Source: Candidatus Woesearchaeota archaeon
GTDB lineage: Archaea; Nanobdellota; Nanobdellia; SCGC-AAA011-G17; GW2011-AR18
DNA: 64,000 nucleotides
Assembly: GCA_964497265.1 (NCBI GenBank)
Contig: CAZCCK010000002.1
Location: 20,614 to 84,613 of the forward strand
Reading direction: 5' to 3'
Numbering within the stretch: the first letter of the stretch is position 1; each line of letters begins with the position of its first letter. The position numbers and the translations under genes are program-made. This document shows positions 47,152-55,464 of the stretch, one piece after another. The notes under the pieces are model-generated. The model searched no databases. It was given only the letters and a program-made list of their open reading frames with translations, and was not told where the DNA came from.

Positions 47152-48314
47152 AAAATGTCTTGCTTGAGTTAGAGTTTAAGGATAAGAGATTAAGACCTAC
47201 TTGGTTAAGTAAAAATCCAAGGATTTTATTTAAAGAAGTAAAAGAGATAAGTGGAAAAGCTTTAGTGATCGGAAGAGATGAAAATAAAAGAGAATTCGTT
47301 TTAGTTACAAAAGATAAATGTGCTTATAATTATCAAGAGCAAATAAGTTTTTTATTAAATCAAGAGTATATAGAAAAGAAAAAGCCTTTACTGGCCATTC
47401 TTCCATTTCATTATCACCATATTCCATTTAGGATTTTTTTAAATAAGTTGTTAGTTAAATATCAAAGTAAAAAAATAAAGAAAGGCTTTCCGGATTGGCC
47501 AAGTGATGTTTCTGTTGACGTTCTTACTTTTATTAAAGAGAAGAAGAAAAGAGTTTCTTGGCCAAAGAAAAAGAAATATGCAATAATTTTAAGCCATGAT
47601 ATCGATACATCACAAGGGATGTCTCTGCTACCGGCGATTCTTTCAGTTGAAGAAAAGGCAGGGTTAAGATCAACGAATTTTTTTGTTGGGAATTACTACA
47701 AATTAAATCATGTTTTTTTGACAAAAATGCAAGAAAGAGGTCATGAGGTTGCTTGTCATGGGGATAAGCACGATTATCTTCTTCCTTATCTTACTAAAGA
47801 AGAAATAAGGCAGAGAATGGAAAAATGTAATCTTTTTTTAAAAAAGTATGATATCGCAGGTTTTCGAGCTCCTTCTTTGTTAATTAGCGAAAGTCTAGAT
47901 CAGGTAAATGAAAGTTTTTTTAGTTATGATTCTAGTGTGACAGATACAGAGTTGTTTATGCCTGATTCTAATTATAGTGGGTCTTGTAGTGTTTTTCCAT
48001 TTTTTAAAGGAAAGTTACTAAGAATTCCTATTACTTTACCAATGGATTCTTCACTGCTTTTTTTAGGGTATTCTCCAGAAAAAGTTTTAGAAGTATGGAG
48101 AGAGAAATTAAAATTAATTAAGGAAATAGGCGGGGTGGCTATGCTTGTGACCCATTCAGAAAAGCATTTTAGCGCAAATAGGAGGATGTTAGTGCTATAT
48201 GAAAGGTTTATTAAAGAGATTTGTAGCGACAAAGAAGTGTGGATTACCACCGGAAAAGAATTAACACAATACCTAAAAGGGAAAGAACATGACTTTGCAA
48301 AGATTAGTCAATAA
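47148..48314 (+). CDS. Polysaccharide deacetylase-like (CE4/NodB-fold) protein
   Basis: ILSHDIDTS (Asp motif), CHGDKHD (H-x-x-x-H-like metal motif), FRAPSL (R-x-P motif). The start is moved to the ATG giving an ATGA overlap (track 47121). Confidence 0.5.
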   Translation: MKNVLLELEFKDKRLRPTWLSKNPRILFKEVKEISGKALVIGRDENKREFVLVTKDKCAYNYQEQISFLLNQEYIEKKKPLLAILPFHYHHIPFRIFLNKLLVKYQSKKIKKGFPDWPSDVSVDVLTFIKEKKKRVSWPKKKKYAIILSHDIDTSQGMSLLPAILSVEEKAGLRSTNFFVGNYYKLNHVFLTKMQERGHEVACHGDKHDYLLPYLTKEEIRQRMEKCNLFLKKYDIAGFRAPSLLISESLDQVNESFFSYDSSVTDTELFMPDSNYSGSCSVFPFFKGKLLRIPITLPMDSSLLFLGYSPEKVLEVWREKLKLIKEIGGVAMLVTHSEKHFSANRRMLVLYERFIKEICSDKEVWITTGKELTQYLKGKEHDFAKISQ

Positions 48315-48882
48315 AGTGTTTTCAAATCCGTCTATTTTTATTTGGGTAAGAAGAATTTTAGAAAATAATTTTAAAGGAGAAAAGAGGGCAATAAGAACAG
48401 AACTAAATACGCAAGGAAAAACGCTAGACATTGCATGTGGGACTGGAGAGTTTTGTAGATTTTTTAATAAAGAAAGTTATTTGGGCATTGATCTTTCTGA
48501 AAAGTATATTAAGTATGCGCGAAAAAAGTATAAGTATCGTTTTGAGGTAGTTGATGCGACTAAAATGGATATTAGGTCAGAGTTTGATAATATTTTAGTT
48601 TGCGGCGTGTTTCATCATTTAGAGGATGAAGCGGTTTTAAAAATTTTAGCATCTGCAAAGAGGATGATAAAACCAGAAGGGAAAGTCTTAGTGATTGAAG
48701 ATATTCCAACAAGATCGAGACTAAATATTATTGGAAAGATAGTGCAGCACTTTGATGTTGGAAAGTTTATTAGGAAGCACGAGCAATATGGCCAGTTATA
48801 TCAAAAAGAGTTAACAATAATTAAAAATTATAAGATGAGGAGCGGAGTGAGCGATTATTCTGTGTTTGTTCTTCAAAGATGA
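48289..48882 (+). CDS. Class I SAM-dependent methyltransferase
   Basis: TLDIACGTGEF (motif I), LGIDLSEKYIKYA, VCGVFHHLEDEA. Confidence 0.75.
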   Translation: MTLQRLVNKVFSNPSIFIWVRRILENNFKGEKRAIRTELNTQGKTLDIACGTGEFCRFFNKESYLGIDLSEKYIKYARKKYKYRFEVVDATKMDIRSEFDNILVCGVFHHLEDEAVLKILASAKRMIKPEGKVLVIEDIPTRSRLNIIGKIVQHFDVGKFIRKHEQYGQLYQKELTIIKNYKMRSGVSDYSVFVLQR

Positions 48883-49592
48883 AAGAAAGAGAATATCAAA
48901 TTATGTATGAGATTGAGGATGATTTTTGGTGGTTTGTAGCGCTAAGAAGGTTGTATCGTTTTTTATTAGGGAAGAAGAAAGGATTGATTTTGGATGTGGG
49001 TTGTGGGACTGGAAGAAATTTGAAGATGTTAGACCGTTATGGAGAGGCAGTTGGTTTAGATTTTTCTGCTTTGGCTTTAGAATTTTCTTTAAAGAGAGGC
49101 AATAAGAAGCTTATAGAAGGGGATGTAAAGAGCTTACCTTTTAAGGACGAAACGTTTGATATTGTGTTAGCGAGTGATGTTTTGTATCATCAGTGGGTTG
49201 ATCAAGAGAAAGCGATTGGAGAGTTGAACAGAGTTTTAAAAAGAGAGGGCTTATTGATTTTCAATACTGCGTCTTATAATTTTCTAAAAAGCGAGCACGA
49301 TCGGGCGGTAATGACAAAAGTAAGATATACAAAAAAAGAGTTTAAGAAATTTCTTGAAAGAAATAAGTTTAAAGTTGAGAAGATTTTTTATTGGAATTCA
49401 TTTCTATTTCCTCTTGTTGCTTTAGGTAGAGTTTTAGAATTTAAAAACAGAAAGAATTCAGAGTTAAGAGAGATAAATCCGTTGATAAATAAAATATTAA
49501 AGAATATCTTAACTATAGAGATAATGTTGATTAGACTAGGTTTTTCTTTTCCGTTTGGATTGTCGATTATGGGTAGAGCAAAAAAGCTTTAA
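48879..49592 (+). CDS. Class I SAM-dependent methyltransferase
   Basis: LILDVGCGTGRNL, VGLDFSALALE, DIVLASDVLYHQW. ATGA overlap. Confidence 0.8.
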   Translation: MKEREYQIMYEIEDDFWWFVALRRLYRFLLGKKKGLILDVGCGTGRNLKMLDRYGEAVGLDFSALALEFSLKRGNKKLIEGDVKSLPFKDETFDIVLASDVLYHQWVDQEKAIGELNRVLKREGLLIFNTASYNFLKSEHDRAVMTKVRYTKKEFKKFLERNKFKVEKIFYWNSFLFPLVALGRVLEFKNRKNSELREINPLINKILKNILTIEIMLIRLGFSFPFGLSIMGRAKKL

Positions 49593-51070
49593 AGGCTATA
49601 AAGGCAGCTATTTTCTTTAACGATTTTTTGATGTAGTCCACATTGATTGAGTTGTTCACAAAATTCTTTTCGCGCAAGAACTTCAGTGGTATTAAAGTAA
49701 GAAAGTTCGCTTCTAAAAGTGAGACAATCATTGCGATCGAATGCTCTGTAGACCCCGTCCATTCTTGCAAGATAAGAATATTCTTTTTCTTCGGGATACC
49801 AGCCTGAGATGGATTTGACGTTTTGTGTTGCTGCAAGAGAATAGAATGCTTTGGGAAAAGGTCCTTCTGGATAAGTGCCAACCATAATGAACCGATCATG
49901 AAGGTTAGGTAAGTAAGAACTAAATTCGTTTTCAAGAGGCGTAGGTACTGCAAAAAGAGGAGTGTGTACGATATTAATAAGAACGCTCAAGAGAGCGAAA
50001 AGAGTCAAAAGATAAGGAAGGGCTTTCTTTAAGAGAGGGGGCAAAGATGTTAAATCCAGCATAAGGAGAAAAAAGGTTGCTAGAAAAATAAAGTAGTGGA
50101 GAATTGGGTCTGGATAGATTTGGTCAAAGATAGGTAAGAGCGCGCTAAGTCTTAAGAAAAAGAGTAAACAAAGAATCATGCTTGGAGCAAAGAAGAGAAA
50201 TTCTACTTTTTCTTTACGAGTATAAAAAAAGAATAACAAAAGTGTTGCGAGAGGAATGATCGCTAAAGCGATTTGAGTATAAAGATCGTGGGGGGTAAAG
50301 GACCAAATCCATTGTCCTTGTTTGAGATGGGGAATTGCGCTTTCTGTGAAGATTTTTAAAACAAAGGGAACAAGCCAAAACGAGCTAAGAAGAAAGCTAG
50401 AAAAGAGGGTGGCAATAATTTTAAGAAAGTCTTTTCTCTTTACGAGGAGAAATCCTAGCCAGAGAAGTCCTGCGAGCACAGCAGTGCTGTGATAGGAGAG
50501 GATAATGAGCGCATAAGTCGGTGCAGATAAGTAAAAGATCCAGTCTAAAGGTTTTTTTCGGTAAGTATAGAGGGTGAAGAAAAGGAGAATAAAAAAGACC
50601 CAAGAGAAAAGTTCGTGTGCTCTTCCTAAACGAATAAAGTTTCCAATAGCAGAAGCGTTTGTAAAGAAAAGAAGGAAGAAAAAGATTCTTTTTAGAGGAG
50701 TTAGTCCTAAAGGTTTTGTTAAGAAGTAAAGAAGGATAAATCCAGCAAGAAAGCTGATGAGCAAGGTAAGATAAAGTGCGATATTTACCTGATGGAAAAG
50801 TAAGTAGAAAGGATAGGCGAAGTAGTACCAAGCTGGAGGAGAGAAGGTGAAGGTAGTAAATCCATTGTACCAATAAGGGCAAAATTGGTGAAATCCACAA
50901 ACTTTAATGAAGTGAATTTGAGCCATGTAGGAGCTAAGATCGTTGAAGAAATCAAGAGGGAAGTAACGTAAGAGTTTTGATTCATCAATAAGTCGATAGA
51001 GGAAATTGAGAGCTAAGAGAAGTATTGGGAAAAGAAGCCATTTATCTGAGATTTTTTTGGAATCAGACAT
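49589..51070 (-). CDS. Large polytopic membrane protein (possible GT-C / polymerase / ligase-like), function unknown
   Basis: More than 12 hydrophobic helices. Last gene of the glyco island on this side. Confidence 0.4.
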   Translation of the reverse strand: MSDSKKISDKWLLFPILLLALNFLYRLIDESKLLRYFPLDFFNDLSSYMAQIHFIKVCGFHQFCPYWYNGFTTFTFSPPAWYYFAYPFYLLFHQVNIALYLTLLISFLAGFILLYFLTKPLGLTPLKRIFFFLLFFTNASAIGNFIRLGRAHELFSWVFFILLFFTLYTYRKKPLDWIFYLSAPTYALIILSYHSTAVLAGLLWLGFLLVKRKDFLKIIATLFSSFLLSSFWLVPFVLKIFTESAIPHLKQGQWIWSFTPHDLYTQIALAIIPLATLLLFFFYTRKEKVEFLFFAPSMILCLLFFLRLSALLPIFDQIYPDPILHYFIFLATFFLLMLDLTSLPPLLKKALPYLLTLFALLSVLINIVHTPLFAVPTPLENEFSSYLPNLHDRFIMVGTYPEGPFPKAFYSLAATQNVKSISGWYPEEKEYSYLARMDGVYRAFDRNDCLTFRSELSYFNTTEVLARKEFCEQLNQCGLHQKIVKENSCLYSL

Positions 51071-51107
51071 GTTTTCTTAAAAGAGGGATTGTATTTAAAG
51101 GCTCTCT

Positions 51108-51974
51108 TTAAAAGAGCATAGGGGTGATAAAGACTTCTATGAGTCCTCCAATAAAAAGTAAGAAGAGTGCGATGACCATTAGGATTAAAGCGTCGTACAT
51201 TACTCTGTTAAATTTTTCTGTTCCTGCTCCATGTTTGATTAAAGCGATGGAAATAATTCCGCCTGCAAGTCCCCCTACAAAATAAGCGACAATTTCAAAG
51301 ATTCCATGAATCATGTAGCGTAAGAAGCTAATTGTGAAAAGGTTAAAGTAAACTGCTACTTTACTAAAGCCTAAGACTCCTGCGTAACTTGCGAGTCTGT
51401 TCCTAAAGTAGGTTCCTACTGCTGCGCTGATGACTGAGGCGTTCCAGGCTAGGATAAAGATTGATCCTGCGCCAAAGAAAAAAGCGAAGAGTAAGCAGAA
51501 GAGAAGTACTTTAAAGTTATTTGTAAGAATTGTGAAGAATGATCCCCATCCTGTGGAAAAGTTGATTGCGTTTCCTTGTAAACTTGGTCCAGAATTGATG
51601 GTGTTGATGGTATCAAGTTGTACATTAAAAGTAGTTTGTAAAAGGGTAGAAGGTAAAAAGAGGTAGCAAAGAGAATAGCCAACGACAAATCCTAAGAAGA
51701 GGAAACTTAAGAATGTTAATGCTTTACTGTGTTCTTTAAGGATATTTGTTTCGCTTTGGACTTTAAGGTTTTCTTTTTCTTCATCTACTAAAGTACTATA
51801 CATTAAAGGAACAGTCATGACTACTGTTAAGAAAACCATTACCAGACTTGCTTGTGTTTTAAAAATCCAGAGTCCGAAGAAGACTGAGAATGCGGAAAAG
51901 ATAACTCCTAAAACGAAAAGCCATAAAGGATGTTTTTTTGCGGTGTTTGGTCCGACAAGAGATTCTAAAACCAT
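51108..51974 (-). CDS. Integral membrane protein, unknown function
   Basis: 6-7 TM helices. No diagnostic motif. Confidence 0.35.
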   Translation of the reverse strand: MVLESLVGPNTAKKHPLWLFVLGVIFSAFSVFFGLWIFKTQASLVMVFLTVVMTVPLMYSTLVDEEKENLKVQSETNILKEHSKALTFLSFLFLGFVVGYSLCYLFLPSTLLQTTFNVQLDTINTINSGPSLQGNAINFSTGWGSFFTILTNNFKVLLFCLLFAFFFGAGSIFILAWNASVISAAVGTYFRNRLASYAGVLGFSKVAVYFNLFTISFLRYMIHGIFEIVAYFVGGLAGGIISIALIKHGAGTEKFNRVMYDALILMVIALFLLFIGGLIEVFITPMLF

Positions 51975-52046
51975 TTTTGTAATATTTAAGATAAGGGGTT
52001 TAAATAGCTTTGGTTAAAATAAAAAAAAAGAAAAAGGGTTGTAAGC

Positions 52047-52622
52047 TTATGCAGCTTTACAACAGGTTACTCTAACGGGATCAACGTAGGATTTAGAGTA
52101 AATTCTAGTAGGGGTAAGGATGTTATAAACCTGTGCGCACGGCGGGTTTGCTCTAAAATCTGCAATTGTAGTCTGACAACCTTGATCAGAATTTGTACTA
52201 GTAGTCCCGGTTTGCTGGTATACCTTATCTGTGTAGGTTATAACTCCCGAACAAGTTGAAGAGCCATAATAATTTGTAACATTGAATATTCCTACTGTCG
52301 AACATTTAGAATTAGCCATATTTTGACTGCAAACTTGATCTCCTGTCAAAGTGAGGGGCCAATTGGGAAAATTAAAAACCCTACAGGTAGGCGTAGCAGG
52401 TTGGCAGTATCCTCCGCTGCAAACTTCTGTTCTTGCACAGTCTAAATTAGATTTACACGATGCTCCAATTGCATTTCCAGTTAAAGCATTTGATGCGCTT
52501 GCTAAACTTGCGCCGGTTAAGCTTCCTGTAAGAGCGGTTGTGAAGACAACGACTCCGATTAATAAGATTAAAACACCAGCAGTGACTTCTGCGGTTTTAA
52601 AGTTAGATTCTTTTTTTGCCAT
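52047..52622 (-). CDS. Cys-rich secreted / surface protein, paralog B (same N-terminal module as 19740..20471; 12 Cys; ends in CCKAA)
   Basis: MAKKESNFKTAEVTAGVLILLIGVVVFTTALTGSLTGASLASASN is identical to paralog A. C-terminus is divergent but keeps GASCxxxxDCA and TCCK motifs. Confidence 0.6.
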   Translation of the reverse strand: MAKKESNFKTAEVTAGVLILLIGVVVFTTALTGSLTGASLASASNALTGNAIGASCKSNLDCARTEVCSGGYCQPATPTCRVFNFPNWPLTLTGDQVCSQNMANSKCSTVGIFNVTNYYGSSTCSGVITYTDKVYQQTGTTSTNSDQGCQTTIADFRANPPCAQVYNILTPTRIYSKSYVDPVRVTCCKAA

Positions 52623-52645
52623 TAAGTATCAGCTCCTTTTTTTAT
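52462..52645. repeat. Dispersed duplicated module, copy B
   Basis: See copy A. The encoded 45-aa N-terminus is 100% identical. Confidence 0.8.
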
Positions 52646-52776
52646 ATAAGTATAAACTGATTTTGAAAAAACTAGTATATAAAGCTTTTTTTTAGAATAA
52701 CGTCCAGAATATAGAGATTCAACAAATTATTTTAGAGAAAGAGAAGTTTTTTAAAGAAGAGAGTAATAAAAAAAGT

Positions 52777-53121
52777 ATGAGTAATGAGGTTTTGAATAAG
52801 TTAAAAGAGTTGAAAGATGTTTCTCGCGCGGTTTATGTGGATTTAGAAGAGAATGGTTTGAAAGTGTCTGATCCTCATGCTGGAGTTGCTAAAGAGCAGC
52901 TGTTTAACAATAATATTAAGAATATTACTGGCGCGATGGAAGGATTGTTAAGAGGAGAGCCTGCAGAAAGGCATATGGTAAGGTTAGATAAGGAGTTTCC
53001 TAATTCTTTTGAGAATATGAAAAAGGTAAAGCAAGCGTCAGCGTCTCAGAAAAGTATGGGTGATCTAAATAGAATTGAAGCGTTATTAACATTTTTAGAA
53101 AATAATTATAGAGAATTATAG
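52777..53121 (+). CDS. Hypothetical protein
   Basis: ORF only. Confidence 0.3.
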   Translation: MSNEVLNKLKELKDVSRAVYVDLEENGLKVSDPHAGVAKEQLFNNNIKNITGAMEGLLRGEPAERHMVRLDKEFPNSFENMKKVKQASASQKSMGDLNRIEALLTFLENNYREL

Positions 53122-53156
53122 GAAATTATTTAAACGTTTGAAAGTTCGTTGAAAAG

Positions 53157-53429
53157 ATGATTGTTAAGTTTTTAGGAATTCTCGATTTAGTGCTTGCAGT
53201 AGGTTTACTTTTAGCGTCAGTGTTGCCGGCAGAGGTATTGATGGTTTTTGGATTATACTTGCTAGTCAAAGGAGGATTTTTTCTTCTGACTGGAGATTGG
53301 ATGAGCGTATTAGATATTGGAGTGGCGATTTATTTTATGGTAGCTGCTTTTGGAGTGACAAGTGCTGTAATTACTGCGGTAGCTACTCTTTTTTTAATTC
53401 AGAAAGGCGGATTTAGTTTGTTAAATTAG
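53157..53429 (+). CDS. Small membrane protein (3 TM)
   Basis: Hydrophobic 90-aa ORF. Confidence 0.35.
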   Translation: MIVKFLGILDLVLAVGLLLASVLPAEVLMVFGLYLLVKGGFFLLTGDWMSVLDIGVAIYFMVAAFGVTSAVITAVATLFLIQKGGFSLLN

Positions 53430-54307
53430 TTTTTCTTAAGTCGTTTTTGTTTTTCTGGAGTATCTAAATAGTTTTCTGAAGTAGAAATTTTTTGTCCGCT
53501 TCGTTTCTCAAGTTCTTTTCGAGCGATTCCAGCGACTTCCCCTCCTTCCTTAGCTGCCTTTTTATTTTCAGTAAAACCTTGAGCATCTTTATTTTTAGCG
53601 ATAGAGGTGGTTGAAGCTTCTCCGAGCATAGTAAATACTAATTCTAAATCGTTCATATGATCCCGTAAGTTGGGTTTATCTAATTTTTTAAAATCTTTGT
53701 ATTCTTCTACAGTTTTTCCAAAAGTTGCTTTACTAATTTCATTCGTTAAGATTGCATACTCCTTTTGTTCGTCTACGCCTCTGTTTTTCCATTCATCAGT
53801 AAGTTGATTTCTTATTACAATCCCCCTTACTCTTTTTTCTATCCATTCTTCAGAGTAGCCTTTTAGTCGATAAAGTTCTTTCATACGGGTTTGGGCTAAT
53901 TCTGGGTTTTCTATTTCTTGTAAGCGTTCATAGCCAACTTTAGCTAGCCAAAGTTTGAAAGGTTCTGCTTTTGAGGAAGGTATTGATTGAATAAGTCTAA
54001 ATGCGCCTTCCGTATTTACACAATTAAGATTCTGTGGACCTCCTTGAGTATCAATGCGAAGGGGGGTGGCAATTTGCCCCCACCCTTGAGCAAACCCTTC
54101 ATCTCTTCTCCTCATATCTTTCAAATAACCTTGAGGATCTTTAGAATCGGTTAAAACAGAAACGATATCTAGCGCAACAAACCACCATTCATTATTATGC
54201 CAGGTTTTTCTAACATTTTTTCCTTCGAAAACAGCTAGAGAGAGCACCATAAAGGAGTAAAGTTTTAAAGGTTTATAAATAAATCGCGAGGTTGGCGCGG
54301 ATGGCAT
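53426..54307 (-). CDS. Bro-N-like (phage antirepressor N-terminal) domain protein
   Basis: The N-terminal segment FEGKNVRKTWHNNEWWFVALDIVSVLTDSKDPQGY fits the Bro-N pattern (F..VR....gE.WFva.Dv...L). The rest is a K/E-rich coiled-coil-like region. Confidence 0.5.
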   Translation of the reverse strand: MPSAPTSRFIYKPLKLYSFMVLSLAVFEGKNVRKTWHNNEWWFVALDIVSVLTDSKDPQGYLKDMRRRDEGFAQGWGQIATPLRIDTQGGPQNLNCVNTEGAFRLIQSIPSSKAEPFKLWLAKVGYERLQEIENPELAQTRMKELYRLKGYSEEWIEKRVRGIVIRNQLTDEWKNRGVDEQKEYAILTNEISKATFGKTVEEYKDFKKLDKPNLRDHMNDLELVFTMLGEASTTSIAKNKDAQGFTENKKAAKEGGEVAGIARKELEKRSGQKISTSENYLDTPEKQKRLKKN

Positions 54308-54316
54308 GAGTTAGGG

Positions 54317-54640
54317 CTAAGTATCGTCTTTGGAAGCGTCAGTTGTGATTTGCTCTCCTTTCTTAATGTCTCTCAAAGCAAGAGCACACTGACTTCTCAG
54401 GTCTTGAATGGTATTGGGTTGATCTGAATGGTTTACGTATCGTTCAGGAGGAGGGTAAAGATAAAGCACTCCCCAGTGAGTATGAACAAAGTATCGTTCT
54501 GTTTTAGAAAGTTTAGTAAACTCTTGTTCAGAAATGGGTTTAAGGTGATATTTTAGAACAACCTCTCCTTTCTTAAAAGGCTTATTAGCAAAAAGTCCTT
54601 TTCCAAAGATATTACCTTTTTTAAGAGTTACAGGTTTCAT
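54317..54640 (-). CDS. Mini SET-domain protein (putative protein-lysine methyltransferase)
   Basis: GKGLFANKPFKKGEVVLKY (N-SET GxG..F...I..Ge.i.eY). NHSDQPNT (NHSC-like motif). 107 aa, like other archaeal mini-SET proteins. Confidence 0.65.
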   Translation of the reverse strand: MKPVTLKKGNIFGKGLFANKPFKKGEVVLKYHLKPISEQEFTKLSKTERYFVHTHWGVLYLYPPPERYVNHSDQPNTIQDLRSQCALALRDIKKGEQITTDASKDDT

Positions 54641-54665
54641 AAGAAAGAATTCAAAAGAGGAGCAG

Positions 54666-55379
54666 TTAAAGGTTTCTATCTAAAGAAGGCCTAACAATCT
54701 GTTTTGCAACTAAAGCCGCTTTGGTAACAACCAAGTGTCCAGAATATTTGCTTTCAGCTACTTTGTAAGAATCAAGGATTTCTAAAGCTTTTGGAAAGAA
54801 AGGAGCGTCAATGGTTAAAGTGTCGTAATAGCCACCTTCTCCAAGCAAGTCAAATCCGTATTGAGTAGATAATTTTTTTAAGTGTTCAAAATTTTCTAAG
54901 GTTAATTCTCTTCCAAGCCAATCTTGATTAAGACCATCAGTAGCATATTGGGTGATAATAATCCTAAAACCTCGAGCGATCATATCGCGCATAATGGTTT
55001 CTTCGTCTTCTCCGGCATGGCTTGCAAAGACATCAATTCCTAGGGGAAGTAGAGCCTTTTGTAAGCTGCCTAGTTGAGTTTCTTGTAAGCCTACGCCTCC
55101 AAGGACAACTGCTTCTACAGGATTTTTTTCTATAATTTCTTTTACTAAATTAGCTTCTAAAGTAGGATCTGCAACAGTACAAGGGATAAGGATGTGTTTT
55201 ATTCCTAAACTTTGCGCGATAAGAGGAGTGTGTTCTACTGTAGGAAAATGGAACAAGAAACAATCAGTTCTATTTGGTTTTACAGATAATAAATAGTCAA
55301 TAGTCCAGCCTTTTCTTAGAGCAAAGTCTATTGCGTGAGCACTGTCCTTTCCTCCAGAGTATAATACTGCAACTTTCAT
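54666..55379 (-). CDS. dph6: PP-loop ATPase of the Dph6 / MJ0570 family (diphthine--ammonia ligase N-domain-like)
   Basis: MKVAVLYSGGKDSAHAIDF (SGGxDS PP-loop). About 235 aa, DUF71-like layout. Confidence 0.65.
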   Translation of the reverse strand: MKVAVLYSGGKDSAHAIDFALRKGWTIDYLLSVKPNRTDCFLFHFPTVEHTPLIAQSLGIKHILIPCTVADPTLEANLVKEIIEKNPVEAVVLGGVGLQETQLGSLQKALLPLGIDVFASHAGEDEETIMRDMIARGFRIIITQYATDGLNQDWLGRELTLENFEHLKKLSTQYGFDLLGEGGYYDTLTIDAPFFPKALEILDSYKVAESKYSGHLVVTKAALVAKQIVRPSLDRNL

Positions 55380-55464
55380 AGTTTTTTGAGAATTTCTAAC
55401 TGTTTATAAAGCTTATTAAAGAGAGGAGCTAGCTTTATATAAGGCAAGAGGAATAAAAGGAAGA

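Noticed and set aside
49567-49953. 128-aa minus ORF overlapping the 3' end of the polytopic membrane gene and the MTase gene
   Set aside because: It sits in a different frame of the better-supported 49589..51070 and 48879..49592 genes.
51108-51974. Assigning the 288-aa membrane protein to the SpoIIM/DUF95 family
   Set aside because: This was only a vague resemblance in TM layout, with no diagnostic motif I can point to. I left it as unknown.
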